64,000 nt of DNA from Macrostomum lignano (taxonomy: Eukaryota). The notes beneath the pieces are model-generated. The model had not been told where the DNA came from, searched no databases, and saw only the letters and a list, made by a program, of their open reading frames with translations. Shown one piece after another: positions 62,379 to 64,000 of the stretch (the first letter of the stretch is position 1; the number at the start of each line of letters is the position of its first letter). The DNA is taken from NCBI GenBank assembly GCA_002269645.1, contig NIVC01000019.1:1116001-1180000 (forward strand), in the 5' to 3' direction. The position numbers and the translations under genes are program-made.

Positions 62379-63009
62379 GCTTTATTAGTGACTGGGCTGC
62401 AAGTTCAGCATAAGAGCAAGTATTGTTAAAGAGAAATTATTAACTTATATAAAAGTTCCAATTGTCCATTTGACCAAATTTTGCATTTTTAAAGATATCT
62501 CACGATTTCTATATTCAAGCCTAGCATAGTAAGACATTTATAAGAAATATTGTTTAATAAAGTAGTGTTAGTTTTTAATAGTAAACTAAATTAAATGAAA
62601 ATATAATAATGATACTTATTAAATTAATATTATTATGTGTTATATATAAGTCTTATTATAACATCTATCCAAAATATCTAATTCTCTGAAATAATGTAAA
62701 AGGAAAAAAACATTTGTTGAAGGTCTAGGTCTCTAGCACCTAGACATCTAGGTTAGGTATGTTAATAAAGGTGGGTGCAGGTGGGACTAGTAGTAGAATA
62801 GCACAGAAAATGACTCAAATGTGTGTTCATAATAAAATATATATGCAGCAGCAGGCAGAAGTAAGCCACTATGGCTGTGCTGCTATATGGCACTGTAAGG
62901 TACATATTCAGTTATTATATCCTCAACCCACACCATGCCACCGTTAGACTTTGCTGTTGGATAAAAAATGTCACATGTAGGGAGGCTAGCTGCCCCTATA
63001 CAACTGGCT

Positions 63010-63240
63010 TTTGTAGAACTAGTGGAGGGCTTGCCACCCCCCCATACCCCTGGCTTCCAAAAAGCTAGTGGGGGGCTTGCCACCCCTACACCCCTGGTTT
63101 CCAAAAGGCTAGTGGGGGGCTTGCCACCCCTACACCTCTGGTTTCCAAAAGGCTAGTGGGGGCTTGCTGCCTCCCCTACACCCCTGGCTAGTGGGGGGCT
63201 CACTACCACCATACCTGGCTTTTGTAAGGCTAGTGGGGTC
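63010..63240. repeat. Short degenerate about 40-bp tandem repeat
   Basis: Repeated GGCTAGTGGGGGGCTTGCCACCCCTACACCCCTGG. Confidence 0.75.
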
Positions 63241-64000
63241 CGCCGCCCCCATAACCCTCCCACTTTACACTCATCCCACATCCCTGCCTCTCCTTCCCTC
63301 AACTTTGTCCACCTATACAGTTTACACAGATCTAATTGTAGTAATGTTGAGGCAATTAGGCACAATATCTGCCACTGATATATATATGTAAAAGTATTTT
63401 ACAATAGCTATATGTATAATTGTAGCCACACTTTGACATTTAATGTTACTCTTAAAAAGCATTTTCAAACTATACTAACAAATGTTATGGCTGCTAGGTG
63501 CCAAATTATACATTTTACCTGTTACGACAGGTAATCAAACAGTAATTAAGACCTGTTAAGAACAATATATGACTTACTGTAAATTAATATGGCTGCCATG
63601 CAAGCAATTAAAACACTAGGTAGACAGCTGCCATGCATGCAAGCTCTTTAATATGAATAACCTAAAAATCCAATTAATTTTAGGCAATTTCTTAAAAGCT
63701 AAATAATTTGCTAATCCCAAGTATCTCAAGCCATTGCTTTTTTTCATTTCGAAGTTACAAACACCCTAATAAAAGAAAACAAAAAGAATTTATAATAAAT
63801 GTTGCTTCAAGAAAAGAAACCTAAAGAAAAAGTAAACTAAAAGAAAGATTAAAAACAGTTGCTTGAAAAAGGGAAAATGAAAAATGAAACTGATTGATCT
63901 AGTCTAGTATAATTTGTGTCTCTTTCTAATTACTTGACTTCTTATCTTTATATTATTCTATTAATTCTGATTGAATTGATACAAAAATATGGTCAATGCC

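Overview
Eukaryotic (animal) genomic DNA: GC-rich exons, GT-AG introns, TTAGGG repeats, and roughly 35% of the window in about 30 unrelated mini/microsatellite arrays. This style suggests a free-living flatworm such as Macrostomum (inference, not verified). Genes reconstructed by eye: an intronless Syt7-like double-C2 gene (-); the last two coding exons of an NMDA receptor NR1 subunit (+); a decayed DD39D Tc1/mariner transposase; a DEG/ENaC cluster (one intact copy, one copy with a single nonsense codon, one TM2 fragment) interleaved with two GT32 DXD glycosyltransferases (one with an in-frame TAG); and four co-oriented minus-strand genes, Rab19/43-like, UGDH, SEC20/BNIP1 and FKBP2. Also present are a tRNA-derived CORE-type SINE, a MITE with 56-bp perfect inverted repeats and an interstitial telomeric tract. 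The strongest leads are: (1) 3' splice sites just upstream of most start codons lie in frame with the ORF, and SEC20 has no ATG of its own there, consistent with the flatworm spliced-leader AUG acting as initiator, possibly in an operon; (2) DEG/ENaC paralogues that are nearly identical in the pore but strongly diverged in finger and thumb, with a cysteine-poor thumb; (3) a Rab with non-canonical switch II (Q to H) and G4 (N to C) motifs; (4) a transmembrane-less intronless Syt7 probably nested antisense in an NR1 intron. Most long ORFs in the track are artefacts of tandem repeats. All splice models and mismatch counts are manual and need RNA-seq or alignment confirmation.
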